Assembly: GCF_000315625.1 (NCBI RefSeq)
Contig: NW_005434652.1
Span: 569,263-629,222, forward strand
DNA: 59,960 nucleotides
Reading direction: 5' to 3'
DNA from: Guillardia theta CCMP2712
Lineage: Eukaryota > Protista > Cryptophyta
The notes under the pieces are model-generated. The model had not been told where the DNA came from. It was given only the letters and a program-made list of their open reading frames with translations, and searched no databases. Each line of letters begins with the position of its first letter. Within the stretch, counting starts at the first letter, position 1. Shown here piece by piece: positions 1 to 12,038 of the stretch. Both the position numbers and the translations under genes were made by a program.

Positions 1-1182
1 CACCTACTGCCCAGAGACTGGGAGACTTCAGTAAGGCAAGTGCTGCTCTTGTGTGCGGTGATGGGACTGCAGGAAAGTGTTTGTCTCCAAGACGCTTGCA
101 GAGATTTTAGGGAGCCATGTTGAGGTGTGGGATGGCTAGCGGGGGATCGGAGAGACAGGTGACTTGTCAGAGCAGGAAGTCCTCTGTCGTCTGTGGAATC
201 GAGAAGCAAACCTTGCCTTGTCGGACTGGGACTGGTGAGTGACGAGGATGAGACAAGACCTCTTCTCGGCTACATCGCTTGACTGAGCTTCACTCAGGCT
301 GTGTATGATGGTGGACGACTCTGTGCGGGTAAGGAGCTCAGGTCGGTCTGAGCAGACGGTGACGTGGCAGCAGGCGAAGGAGACGACGATAACAAGATAC
401 TCGTGGTAAGAACTCTTGACTCGACAGAAGCATCGTTGACGTCTCCGAGCAGCTGGTACATCTATCGCAAGCAGCGAACCGTCAAGTGAGTCTGCCGGCT
501 GTTGCGCTCAAGCTCAGCCGTCCCCCAGCTGCCGATGGACCCTTGAGAAGGTATTCGACGGTCAAGGAAGGCTTGTACAGATAAGGTGAGAACGAGGGAA
601 GGGAGGGGAAGGGGGGGGGTTGGAGGAGGATGCTCACAGAGTGTGTAGGAACTTCATCAAGACCGGTTTCGACGAAGAATTTGAGCGAAGGGCAGGCTGA
701 TTCGGGCACGCAGCTTCATCTCTCCTTCACCAGTCTTGACGACTCGCGTACAGGCAACTCGTCGCCCCTTCTCAGCTGAGGTGGATAAAGTCTTCCAAGC
801 AGCGCAGAACCAGCAAAGGAGCGCAGGTGCGACAGCACAGAGGAGAAGGAAGGGGAGGAGGAGTGATACACGAGCTGCAGCGCTTTGGCGGATAGACTTC
901 AAATCATACCTCAAGGTGCTTCATCCCGCTCTGATCTCTGCCGCTCGTCCTCGCTCGCTCTTGTGACCCATGCTGACCAACCACAGACGCCGGAGGGTAG
1001 CGTTTTCATCCATCAACTCACAAGGTGAAGCTGTGATGGAGGATGTGAAGGTGACAGAGGAACAGAGCTGTGCGGGAGAGATTCAGGCCGCTGGTGCTAC
1101 GAGCGCAGGAGCTCAGGTCGACGAATGCGGTCACTGCTCTACCTGCAGATCTCAGGGCCGGCGACTTCATCTGAGACGGTAA
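1..1182 (+). CDS. 3' part (multi-exon) of a paralog of the double-Zn2Cys6 gene at 5532-8487; 5' part lies outside the window
   Basis: 1-1227 aligns to 7307-8532 with scattered substitutions and a few indels near 630-725. Same exons (KVFVSKTLAEI, EVLCRLWNRE, CRWTLEKVFDGQGRLVQ) and same stop (TAA ending 1182). Confidence 0.7.
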
Positions 1183-1227
1183 GGGGGACGGGAAAGCGCA
1201 AGATACGTGAGGATGGAAGGAAGGTTG
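1..1227 (+). repeat. Direct segmental duplication, copy 1 (copy 2 = 7307-8532)
   Basis: Near-identical sequence at offset ~7305-7306. Identity stops abruptly after ...GAAGGAAGGTTG (1227 / 8532). Confidence 0.95.
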
Positions 1228-1450
1228 TGTCTTAGTTTGTCGGAGTTGAGCTCACGATTCCATGTAAAGCTGTTACAAACGATCAAGTACGTTTTGCAAC
1301 TCTCATGATACTAATCAATGCCAAGGGGCTCACAGAAAACAAATGATAGAAGTCGTGTACATTCCCAGCCTCACTCGATGATACATTCGAGACGCTATTC
1401 CAAGTTTATAACTGTCAAGTGGAAGGCAGACAATGCTAAAGGGCACGACG

Positions 1451-1664
1451 GCATCCAATGCAGATCTTTGTTCAACGATTATCATTACATATTTTAATCT
1501 TACGTTTGAATTCTCTAACATATCGATCATTAGATTCCAATGGAAACATGTTACCTGTTTCTGCACTGATACCGCATTAGAGGTGTGTGATTGTACAAAG
1601 AGAATTGAAACGTAAGGTTAAAACATGTAATGATAATCGTTGAACAAAGATCTGAATTGGATGC
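1451..1664. repeat. Long inverted repeat (66-bp arms, 82-bp spacer); MITE-like or hairpin element
   Basis: 1451-1516 matches the reverse complement of 1599-1664 at 62/66 positions. AT-rich relative to the flanks. Confidence 0.85.
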
Positions 1665-1899
1665 TTTCTTCCTGAAGATTTGACGTCATCTCGACAAGCA
1701 GACACATCCTAGGGATCATCTGAAGAGCTAAGATCTTCACTCCTACATAGGATCAGCCTTGACATCTACTGCATTCTGCTCTCTCCTCATGTTTTCACCG
1801 CCATTGTCTAGCATCGCTCGCCAACTCCATGTTAGGCTACGTGGGTCTGACCTTTGTGAGAGAACCGATAAACACAACCATCCTAACAGATCAATGGAA

Positions 1900-3780
1900 A
1901 ACATGTCCTTCTCTCCGGAGCAAAGCAACTTCGAAGAGAGCAGTAGCGCAAGGCTCCTGCGAGGAGGACGGCAAGACCCATGCGAGGGCGATACTGCCGA
2001 AACAGGCGAGCACGCAAACGATGAAAGCCAGGGTCCCCATACACCGCCTCCTGAGCGCATCCATCCCACTCCGCTGTCAGTAGCTCCATGGTGATCCGCC
2101 AGGTACCAGAGAAACCGCAAAGCGTCAGCATGAAGAAGACCATCCGTACCTGCAGTGAAGGGAAGAAAGGCCTTCGGCGGGTGATGGGTGCTATAACTTG
2201 CGCGATGATTCGAAATCTTCTGTTGGGCGGGGCCGGAGAGCGCAGAAAGTCCGACGGGGCTGCCGCTGCTGTTGTAGGGATGAGTCATCGTGAAGTCGAG
2301 AACCAGCCCATTCCAGGTGTGGGTGGAGAGGCCAGGGAGCCAAAGGTCGCCCATGTGTCGGTTAGTGGGGCCATGCTGAGGGACAAGGGTCCGGGTGTGT
2401 CGCAGTCCCTGCTGATGAAGCTTCGTGACGATACCAGCTTCCACACAGATGTCGCGAAGAACCACAGTACACCGCTCATGTGCGGTGGTCCATAGAGCTG
2501 CACGATGGCGACAATTGGCCAGATGAGAGACACTGCTTCCCGCCGATGGATCTAGAGCTGTAGCACAACGATCACAGGTGGGAGGCAGCCTAGCCGGGGG
2601 TAGCCCATGCAGGAAGCGATCGACTTCTCGTGAAAGGTGGATGGGGCACTGGTTGGAAGGGTGAACGTTGGTGGCCTCCATCAGAGAATATTGCAAGCGC
2701 TGCTGTGGGTTTTGAGACTTCCGAAGGAGGGGCTCCAGGGGGAACGGGCTACAAGACAGACTCGCTGACTCGGGGGGATAGAGCTCCACAGTTTAGCTGC
2801 CATGAGCCCGGAGAAGAGCTGCCTGAACTTGGGATAGATGCGCCCGCCGCTCAAGATGAGGGGGAAAAGTCTGCATCAACCGTCCAGTGACTGAGCGCTT
2901 GGGGGGGAGAAAAGGAGGTCCGCCCGCGAGTTGAAAGAGCGCTGGAGATGGGATCGAATTGTGCAAACGTGCGTCCTCCAGGTCACTGGGGTCCAGGTAT
3001 TGCGGCACTCCACGATCAGGCAGGGCCTGAGAGTAGGGGTCGAGAATGTCCAGGTTTGCACACAGGGTAAAGTAGCGCTACATTGTAAGAAGCTGGCCGT
3101 GGCGATGTAATAAGCTGATAGACTCACCCCTGCTTGAGGTGTAAAGCCATCCCCGCCCTCCTGGCATGGAAGTTGGCGCTTGAAAAAAGCAAACTCCAGC
3201 GGAGACAAGAAAGAAGAGCAAAGTTGGGAGGTGAGTAGCAGCCGCAAGCTTTTCCTGAGGCCAGTTGCTGATGAAGCCCCTAGAGCCCAAAGGTAGCCTC
3301 CTACCACCAGAATGCTGTGCGGGCGGTAAGTCGACCCAGGAAGGGGAAAAGACCTTGGAGTCTCGAGGCTGAATGTTTAGTGCCAAGTCATCCCGCAGGG
3401 TGTCGATAAGGTCCTTGACCGCAGCACTGGCATCCGAAAGTCGCCCAACAACAGTGATATTGTCGGCATAGAGCGGGAAGGTGCAGCTCGTATGTTTATC
3501 CGCTACTCGCATGAGAAAAGGATAGAGAGCGTGACAGAAGAGACTGAGACCTGCTGGATCACCTTGGTGAACCCCTCGAGAGCAATCGAAAGGCCGAGCT
3601 TGCGTTCCTTGCTTCAAAAAGAGACGGCAATCACCCTGATAGAAGTGAGAGACATAAGGGAGGACGCGGTGCGCAAACGATCCGCATTGCGGGAGCTGGT
3701 CCCCCGGCCTGGCGAGGAATCCCTCACCCAGGGACGCAAAGTAGCCCTGAGACGCCGTACGCAATTGAGGCACTTGACTT
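1900..3780 (-). mobile_element. 5'-truncated, decayed non-LTR retrotransposon with RT + CCHC finger + restriction-like endonuclease (CRE/SLACS-like)
   Basis: RT motifs SRGVHQGDPAGLSLFC and YADNITVVG (YADD degenerate) in 3078-3773. GGDGF after RT. CDRC..HLANC..AHE finger and GDLWLP..LVLDFTMTHP..K..Y..FLPFTAGTDG endonuclease motifs in 1743-2789. Frameshifts and an in-frame TAA at 2793-2795. Confidence 0.85.
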
Positions 3781-3959
3781 GTTTGTATGAGAGGAATGCC
3801 GGGTGGGGTACTTTAGACCAAACAAAATACATGGAGGGTGGGGTACTTTTGTGGAAAACAGCGACCTGCTATGACCTTCCTATGACCTTGATAGTACATT
3901 TGCGCTACTCCCCACTCCATGCTCCGTTCCTCCTCCCTCGCGTCGTCAACCAAGCCCTA

Positions 3960-5230
3960 CCCACTCCCCTCCCTCCTCCCCTCCCTCCTCCCCTCCCTCC
4001 TACCCTTCCTCCTCCCCTCCCTCCTACCCTTCCTGGTACCCTACTCCCTCCCCTCTCTCCTCCCCTCCCTGCTCCCCTCCCTGCTGCCCTTCCTGCNNNN
4101 NNNNNNNNNNNNNNNNNNNNNNNNNNNNNNNNNNNNNNNNNNNNNNNNNNNNNNNNNNNNNNNNNNNNNNNNNNNNNNNNNNNNNNNNNNNNNNNNNNNN
4201 NNNNNNNNNNNNNNNNNNNNNNNNNNNNNNNNNNNNNNNNNNNNNNNNNNNNNNNNNNNNNNNNNNNNNNNNNNNNNNNNNNNNNNNNNNNNNNNNNNNN
4301 NNNNNNNNNNNNNNNNNNNNNNNNNNNNNNNNNNNNNNNNNNNNNNNNNNNNNNNNNNNNNNNNNNNNNNNNNNNNNNNNNNNNNNNNNNNNNNNNNNNN
4401 NNNNNNNNNNNNNNNNNNNNNNNNNNNNNNNNNNNNNNNNNNNNNNNNNNNNNNNNNNNNNNNNNNNNNNNNNNNNNNNNNNNNNNNNNNNNNNNNNNNN
4501 NNNNNNNNNNNNNNNNNNNNNNNNNNNNNNNNNNNNNNNNNNNNNNNNNNNNNNNNNNNNNNNNNNNNNNNNNNNNNNNNNNNNNNNNNNNNNNNNNNNN
4601 NNNNNNNNNNNNNNNNNNNNNNNNNNNNNNNNNNNNNNNNNNNNNNNNNNNNNNNNNNNNNNNNNNNNNNNNNNNNNNNNNNNNNNNNNNNNNNNNNNNN
4701 NNNNNNNNNNNNNNNNNNNNNNNNNNNNNNNNNNNNNNNNNNNNNNNNNNNNNNNNNNNNNNNNNNNNNNNNNNNNNNNNNNNNNNNNNNNNNNNNNNNN
4801 NNNNNNNNNNNNNNNNNNNNNNNNNNNNNNNNNNNNNNNNNNNNNNNNNNNNNNNNNNNNNNNNNNNNNNNNNNNNNNNNNNNNNNNNNNNNNNNNNNNN
4901 NNNNNNNNNNNNNNNNNNNNNNNNNNNNNNNNNNNNNNNNNNNNNNNNNNNNNNNNNNNNNNNNNNNNNNNNNNNNNNNNNNNNNNNNNNNNNNNNNNNN
5001 NNNNNNNNNNNNNNNNNNNNNNNNNNNNNNNNNNNNNNNNNNNNNNNNNNNNNNNNNNNNNNNNNNNNNNNNNNNNNNNNNNNNNNNNNNNNNACCTACC
5101 ACTCCCTCCCTTCCTCCCCTCCCTCCTCCCCTCCCTCCTCCCCTCCCTCCTCCCCTCGAACCTACCATCCCTCCCTCCAGGGAGGTCAGCAGGGAGGGAA
5201 GGGGAGGAGGGAGGAGAGAAGGGAGGGGAG
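3960..5230. repeat. CCT/CCCT low-complexity tract interrupted by a 997-N assembly gap (4097-5093)
   Basis: ~12-bp CTCCCCTCCCTC-type units on both sides of the gap. Confidence 0.9.
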
Positions 5231-5531
5231 GAAGGACTCTCATGTCTGTGCTCCTTCTCTCCATCCAAGAGGAGTCAGCTGACGACTTCTAATCTTGCTG
5301 ACCCGACTTGTTCATTACACATGATCCGTGCGTTCCTGATGAGCTTCTCCTTTCCTTCTCGTGTCTGCATGTACACGCAACTCAATGAGCAGTTTGCCAT
5401 GTCATGTCTTGTTGCATATGATAAGATCAGCTCGCCAGCGAGTGGGTGCAGTCGTCTTCTTCCAGTTTTGCTTTTGGTTGATATCCTCACGATTATCTTC
5501 TCACGTGGACATCAGCTTGTTGGCGTGCAGG

Positions 5532-8487
5532 ATGGACTTTCTACAACAGCCTGGGGAAGCTCCACAGAAGCAGCGAGCATGCTTGGTATGCTGTGCAGGA
5601 GACCCTGATGCGAGAGGGACTCAAAGATTCACAGAGATGCAAGGAGGCAAGGGTGAAATGCGACAGAGAAAGGTGATGTATGTCAGGTTGAGCAAGCTTC
5701 TGACGGGCTTCACTGCAGGCCATGCTCGCGATGCAGGAGGCAGGACATGGTGATAAGACCTTGCGAGGCATCTTGCATCTGACTGTCTGAAGGTGGACAA
5801 GTGCTTGTATGAGGAGTCCCAGGTTACATCGTTGAGAGCTGACAAGCTCTGTGAGGGACTTGAGTGTTGACTGCTCGGCAGCTTGCCCTGGTGCGATCGC
5901 TAGGTCCCGTTGGTGGGAGGCAGCTGGGGTGCCGCGATATCTTGTCCCCATTGCGAACAGAGCCTTTGAGTTCAAAAAGCCCCTTCTCCTCAAAGAGATC
6001 GAAATGCTCCAAGGTGCGTCGCTGCCCGACTGGGAGGGTGATAGGGCTGAGGCCAGGGACAGGCTTGCTCGGTCTGCCAGAAGAGCAAGGCCAAGTGTGA
6101 GGCCGACAGGCCGTGCAGGTGCGATGGACGGGACAGCACGAGCTGCAGTCCCCTGAAGTGTCTGCAGGAGATGTATCCTTCAGGGGTGCGGAGATCAGTG
6201 CTATCAGGTGGGATGGAGAGAGTCGCTGGTCCAGGCTCCTGCTGATGAGCAGTGCGCGCTCCAGGAGTACCAGGAGAGTTTGGGGAAGGAGGAAGCGAAA
6301 GGTTTGAATGTGGGGAGGCGGCCGAGCTCCAGGGAGGCAGGAGGGGAGTACATGGTGCAGCTTTACGACGGCGAGAGCAGTCCGGACGACGACTTCTTCA
6401 ACATGGAGCAGCTGTTCTACTGCCCTGACCCCGTCATGAACTACTGGATTAGCAACGTCGACCGTCCGCTCAGGTGCGTCTGGTTGCTCGTGCCTGGGGC
6501 TGTGGAGTGAGCCATCTCGCCTCGTGTGCTGCAGCTACCTGCAGAGATACGCCTGCATCTCCCAGGCGACTTTCCCGACTTTCGATCAAGCAACCCGGTT
6601 GGCTCCTCTGCTCCTGCATGTCGCTCGGGGTGACGTCTGGGCCGCAGCTCGTCGTGGTTCTTCGGGATCGTCCGCATGTACTGGGTCGGTGACGCAGCAT
6701 GTGGATGTCCGGAAGGCTGACGAGGGACTGCAGGAGAACGGGACGAACATCACAAGGCTGAAGAACGTACCTCCTCACACTCACACTCACACTCATCCTC
6801 GACATACTGATGGTCCTTGTCGTCCTGCTTCCCCTACCTCCTGCCTATTACTTCGTGACTCCACACGTCGCCTCCACTTGGTCGATACCTGACATGGTCT
6901 GTTAGATGCTTGCAAGCATCCCCACTTACCTGCAGGAAGAGCTCATGACGGGCTTCGCTGCTGGTAGAAGAGTGTGCTGTGCTGTCAAGAGACTCACACG
7001 TCATGAACAGTCCAAGACATCAACATCCAGCGGATGAAGGTGCTTGTTTGTCTTGATCCTGCGGACTTGCCAACACGTTCTCTGCAATCTCTGAAGGCCG
7101 TCAAGACGTCGCCCGATCATCTCAACTCAAATCCGTGAGGACGGGGGGAGGGAGGAGGACGGTCAGCGCCTGCTCACAGCGACCTGCAGATGCATGGATG
7201 AGGAATTCGATCGTTTCCTCATGGAAACATGGGACAAGTAAGAAACGCTGAGCAGGCTCGGAGCTTGACGCTGCAGCAGCGATACCGAGCAAGGTACCTT
7301 GTGCCACACCTACTGCCCAGAGACTGGGAGACTTCAGTAAGGCAAGTGCTGCTCTTGTGTGCGGTGATGGGACTGCAGGAAAGTGTTTGTCTCCAAGACG
7401 CTTGCAGAGATTGTAGGGAGCCATGTGGAGGTGTGGGATGGCTAGCGGGGGATCGGAGAGACAGGTGACTTGTCAGAGCAGGAAGTCCTCTGTCGTCTGT
7501 GGAATCGAGAAGCAAACCTTGCCTTGTCGGACTGGGACTGGTGAGTGACGAGGATGAGACAAGACCTCTGCTCGGCTACATCGCTTGACTGAGCTTCACT
7601 CAGGCTGTGTATGATGGTGGACGACTCTGTGCGGGTGAGGAGCTCAGGTCGGTCTGAGCAGGCGGTGACGTGGCAGCAGGCGAAGGAGACGACGATAACA
7701 AGATACTCGTGGTAAGAACTCTTGACTCGACAGAAGCATCGTTGACGTCTCCGAGCAGCTGGTACATCCATCGCAAGCAGCGAACCGTCAAGTGAGTCTG
7801 CCGGCTGTTGCACTCAAACTCAGCCGTCCCCCAGCTGCCGATGGACCCTTGAGAAGGTATTCGACGGTCAAGGAAGGCTTGTACAGATAAGGTGAGAACG
7901 AGGGAAGGGAGGGGAAGGGGGGGGTTGGAGGAGGAGGCTGAAAGAGGTGTGTAGGAACTTCATCAAACCGGTTTCGGACGAAGAATTTGAGCGAGGGCAG
8001 GCTGATCCGGCACGCAGCTTCATCTTCTCCTTCACCAGTCTTGACGACTCGCGTACAGGCAACTCGTCGCCCCTTCTCAGCTGAGGTGGATAAAGTCTTC
8101 CAAGCAGCGCAGAACCAGCAAAGGAGCGCAGGTGCGACAGCACAGAGGAGAAGGAAGGGGAGGAGGAGTGATACACGAGCTGCAGCGCTTTGGCGGATAG
8201 ACTTCAAATCATACCTCAAGGTGCTTCATCCCGCTCTGATCTCTGCCGCTCGTCCTCGCTCGCTCTTGTGACCCATGCTGACCAACCACAGACGCCGGAG
8301 GGTAGCGTTTTCATCCATCAACTCACAAGGTGAAGCTGTGATGGAGGATGTGAAGGTGACAGAGGAACAGAGCTGTGCGGGAGAGATTCAGGCCGCTGGT
8401 GCTACGAGCGCAGGAGCTGAGGTCGACGAATGCGGTCACTGCTCTACCTGCAGATCTCAAGACCGGCGACTTCATCTGAGACGGTAA
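5532..8487 (+). CDS. Transcription factor with two tandem Zn(II)2Cys6 (GAL4-type) clusters and a C-terminal PAS-like region; many exons
   Basis: GT-AG splicing of exons 5532-5585, 5635-5672, 5719-5749, 5793-5822 gives RACLRCKEARVKCDRERPCSRCRRQDMVDKCLY. Exons 6063-6118 and 6168-6207 give ACSVCQKSKAKCEADRPCRRCILQGCGDQCY. Both fit Cx2Cx6Cx5Cx2Cx8C. Downstream exon boundaries and the PAS-like call are less certain. Confidence 0.85.
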
Positions 8488-8532
8488 GGGGGACGGGAAA
8501 GCGCAAGATACGTGAGGATGGAAGGAAGGTTG
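7307..8532 (+). repeat. Direct segmental duplication, copy 2
   Basis: Matches 1-1227. Confidence 0.95.
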
Positions 8533-8564
8533 GAGGGCGAGGAGTCAATGAAGCGACGGTTGTG

Positions 8565-11500
8565 TGGTCACCTTTAGTAGAGGCGCTTGCGATCACGACC
8601 CTGCCTCTCCTCCCGTGCTCGTCAACTTGTTTGCTAAGGGGAGCGCTCTGAGAGAGACTCTGAGGGCCTCGAGGCGGAGCTCAGGCTCTCCTGCTTCCTC
8701 GCCCCGTGTCGCCTCCAGCTCTGCTGCCTCTGCTGCCGCGAGAGCAACTCGCCAGAACCTGTTGTGATATAGGAGGAGAGAGGGAAAGGAGGGGCAGGAA
8801 GGAGACAGAGGAGGAGGGAGTGGTTGAAGGGGAAAGGTGGGGATAAGGCGGTGGGAGAGGACAGGAAAGGGGGGTGGGAAGAGAAGAGGTCAGAAGGAAA
8901 GAGCTGCACGTGAAGGAGCTCACAGCTCATCGTGCGACTCCAGCAAGGACTTGACGGGAGAGAGGATGCGCTGGGCCTGGCGCCAGTCGCCCTCTGCCAT
9001 GCACACTCGCGCTGTGAGCAGGCAGAGACGATGGTTTGCCGGATGTTTGGAGCTCGCGGCCAGCAGGAAGTCTCTGTGCTCCTCTCGAGACGAGCTTCGC
9101 TCGAGCTCCTCTAGAAACACGCTGAGCGTCTCGTTGAAGGCCTCGTAGTCCCTTCCGAAGCAGAGGTACCTGCTCTACCCTCACCCTCGGCCCCTGAGGT
9201 AGGCCCCCTCAACCCCCAACCCCAGCCCCTCCTCACCTCTCCTCCAGCTGCGCATGCTCAAGTCCATCCAACCAGCGCGGGTCGTCGAGAGCTGAAGGGG
9301 CAGTCAAGGGCGCCAGCATGAGCAGGTGGACTCACGGGTAAGCTTCGGCGCTTCCTCATGCAGGAACAGGAGCGCTCGCTGGCTCCTCTGGGACCCTCAG
9401 AGTCAGCTGGCTATAGCACCCTATCCTCTCCTCTACCTTAGCCCCCGCACGTATAGCGCCCTCCTGCCATATCAAACACCTGCTTCTTGGCTCGACTAAT
9501 GATGCCATCGCAAGATCGAGAAGCTGCGACAGCGAAGGAGGAACATGAGCTGAACGGAAGCATGGAACAGAATCGACCTCATCCGATGACATGCTTCCAG
9601 TCCCTTCCCCTGCCTCGCCTTGGCTGAGAGCATGTAGCAGTATGACGTTCCTCCATAGCTTCCCGTCTAGTTCTGATGGCCTCCCCTCCCCTCCCCGTGT
9701 CCATCTACAACCATCGTCCGTGCCGAGCCACTTGTCTCCTCCCACCCTCGAGGACAGCTCCTCCAGCCATTCGCTCAGCTGGTGCAGATGTAGACCCGCT
9801 CCCCCACCAAAGCCTCGTACCACACATCTCACCATCATTCGCAATGCCTCCTCCCTCTCCTTCTCCAGCAGAAGAGATAGCTTCCCGTACAGATAGCAGA
9901 GATCCATGATCACCCCTTCTCTCCTCCATGCTCCCTCCCCCTCTCCTGTCTCATCCACTTGCTGCTCGACGGAGTTCGTGAGATCATGCAGCAGAGATAA
10001 AACTTCAGCAGCAGAAGCCTGCGATTCTGACAATGCGACTGGCAAGCTCCAACAAGAGACAAGCTCACTCGCGATGGCGCAGACAACTTCTCCGCAGGCC
10101 ATGAGGGTCTTACCGTCCTCTGCATTGCCAGCAGACGACAACCATCGCACCACAGGCTGGAGGATTCTTCTACGGGCCGCGACCTCTCCGCGAGGTCCAA
10201 CGAACCTGCCGGGGGAGGATGAGAAAGGAGGAGCAAGCAGCGCGACCTTCTCTCACATCCGCATCATCGCCACATAATCCGTCGCCAACCCCGGCGGAGG
10301 GAGCGAGAGAGGGAGGGCGAGACGATCCCGGCGAGCTCCCAGAGAGAGGAATGCTTCTTCGAAGAGAAGGAAGACCTAGAGCAAGACAAGGATGAAACCG
10401 AGGCAAAAGACAACACAATCACCTCTGAGGCTTCGACTTGTCTCTTCAAATAAACTCTCATGACAGTGTCCTCTTCGCTGCCTGTATGTACAAGCTTTCG
10501 ACAAGCGAGGGAATTGAGGCCAGTGGTTGGACACATGGCCCTTCCTGTTAGACTTCCCTTGCTAGCAGTTGCTCCCAGCATGCAGTGAATCCGATCCGGC
10601 AGAACACCAAATAGCGCGATGTGAATCTTGAAACAAACAATTACATTGTTTCAGAAACATGCAAGGTCCACACCTGAGCCCTCCACAATGTTTCTTGGAT
10701 GGCAAGAGGAACTTCTGATTGACTCGCATGCTTCGAAGTTGATTCACGCAGAACGCCCATTGCTTCAGCAGCGTTTCCTAACTGGCAGTGTTGGTGAGCG
10801 GCGCCAAGGAGCAAGTCAGCCCATAGAGACTGCCATCTTTCCTTCTCCTCTCCGTTACATCCTTCGCTCTCGCCCATTGCCTTCTCAGCTGCAGTCAGGA
10901 ACGTGTGAGCGCGAGCACTACCTCCGTCCTGGCTCTGAGCGAACCGATGCCAGAGGAGCCAAGAGGCAGGGTTCAGCCGCACAGCATGCATCAGTAGCTC
11001 GCGCGACTCCCCCGAGCTTTTCTTCTCGAGGATGTCGAGGTAAAGTAGCCACAACGCGACGGAAGTGGGGTTATGGTCTAGCGCATGAGATAGAGTGTTC
11101 AAGGCAAGGTCCACCCTCAGGTTCATGTCGTTGTTCACTTGCGTGTCTGTGTCTGTTGCTCCTTCCAGCAGCAAACGAGCAGCTCGTATCCAGGAATGAA
11201 TATCGGACGGATGCTTCAGCGATCGCGCCCGGAGCTCCTTCAACTCTTGAAAGTGTCCGAAGTATCTTGAATCCATCGAGAGATCCTGACTTGCAGGCTT
11301 CCACCTCTGAAGAAGCGCCTCTACCACGGGTTCGTCGTCCGTGCCTCCATCACCAGCAGGAGTCTCGTCCCCCTCGTTCACAAGAGAGATGTAGTCGTCG
11401 TCCCTCGGACAAGACTCCAGATGTGAAACCGAGTGATCGCCATGGGTCGCAGGGGTGCTTGCATCCTCCAGGTCGCTTGCTTGCTCGCCCACTGCAGGAG

Positions 11501-12038
11501 CTGATGCTTTGAGCTCTGGTTCGTTGTCGTTCGCCTTACTTCTAGAGTGCTCTGCAAGAGAGTCTCTAACATGGACATCCTTGCAATTAGGGTCGTCACA
11601 ACGGCCATGGAGGTCGAATTTACACAAGAAGAGCATGGGGTTCAGTCTCCTCCTCTTCACCCTCAGATCGTCGTCCTGGAGTTCTTGCTGAGCATTTGTA
11701 CAGTTCAACTCAAGCGAGTCTTGACCGTGATCATCTTCTGACTTTTGTGGGCAAATGCTTTGCAGTTGTGCAAGCTTGATTTCAAGATTTTCAATCTCTT
11801 TGTCTTTGTTGGTAACCGGCCTTTCGCCATTTACCACATCTAAGTTGCTCTCAGCTCCTTGTTCCTGCATCCTGTGTTTTATGCTGTGGATGATCTCTAA
11901 GCGGTCCATGCGGTTCCTGTGGAGCTCTTGCAAGGACAAGAGAGCCCGGCGAATGGTCTTCATCGAGTACCATCGATCATTCAGACTCTGCAGATCCCTC
12001 GCCATCCTCACCAGCTTCTCCTCTTCTACATTCGCCAT
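8565..12038 (-). CDS. ZFC3H1: ZFC3H1/Red1-like protein (C3H1 zinc finger + HAT/TPR-like repeats; nuclear exosome adaptor), multi-exon; 3' end approximate
   Basis: ORF 10641-12038 has a coiled coil, LNPMLFLCKFDLHGRCDDPNCKDVH, then SRYF and HAT-like LALNTLSHALDHNPTSVALWLLYL..HAVRLNPASWLLW. Further helical exons continue down to ~8570. Confidence 0.7.

Noticed and set aside
3492-5292. Long ORFs of 400-600 aa
   Set aside because: They run through the N gap and low-complexity repeats, and the first overlaps the RT antisense.
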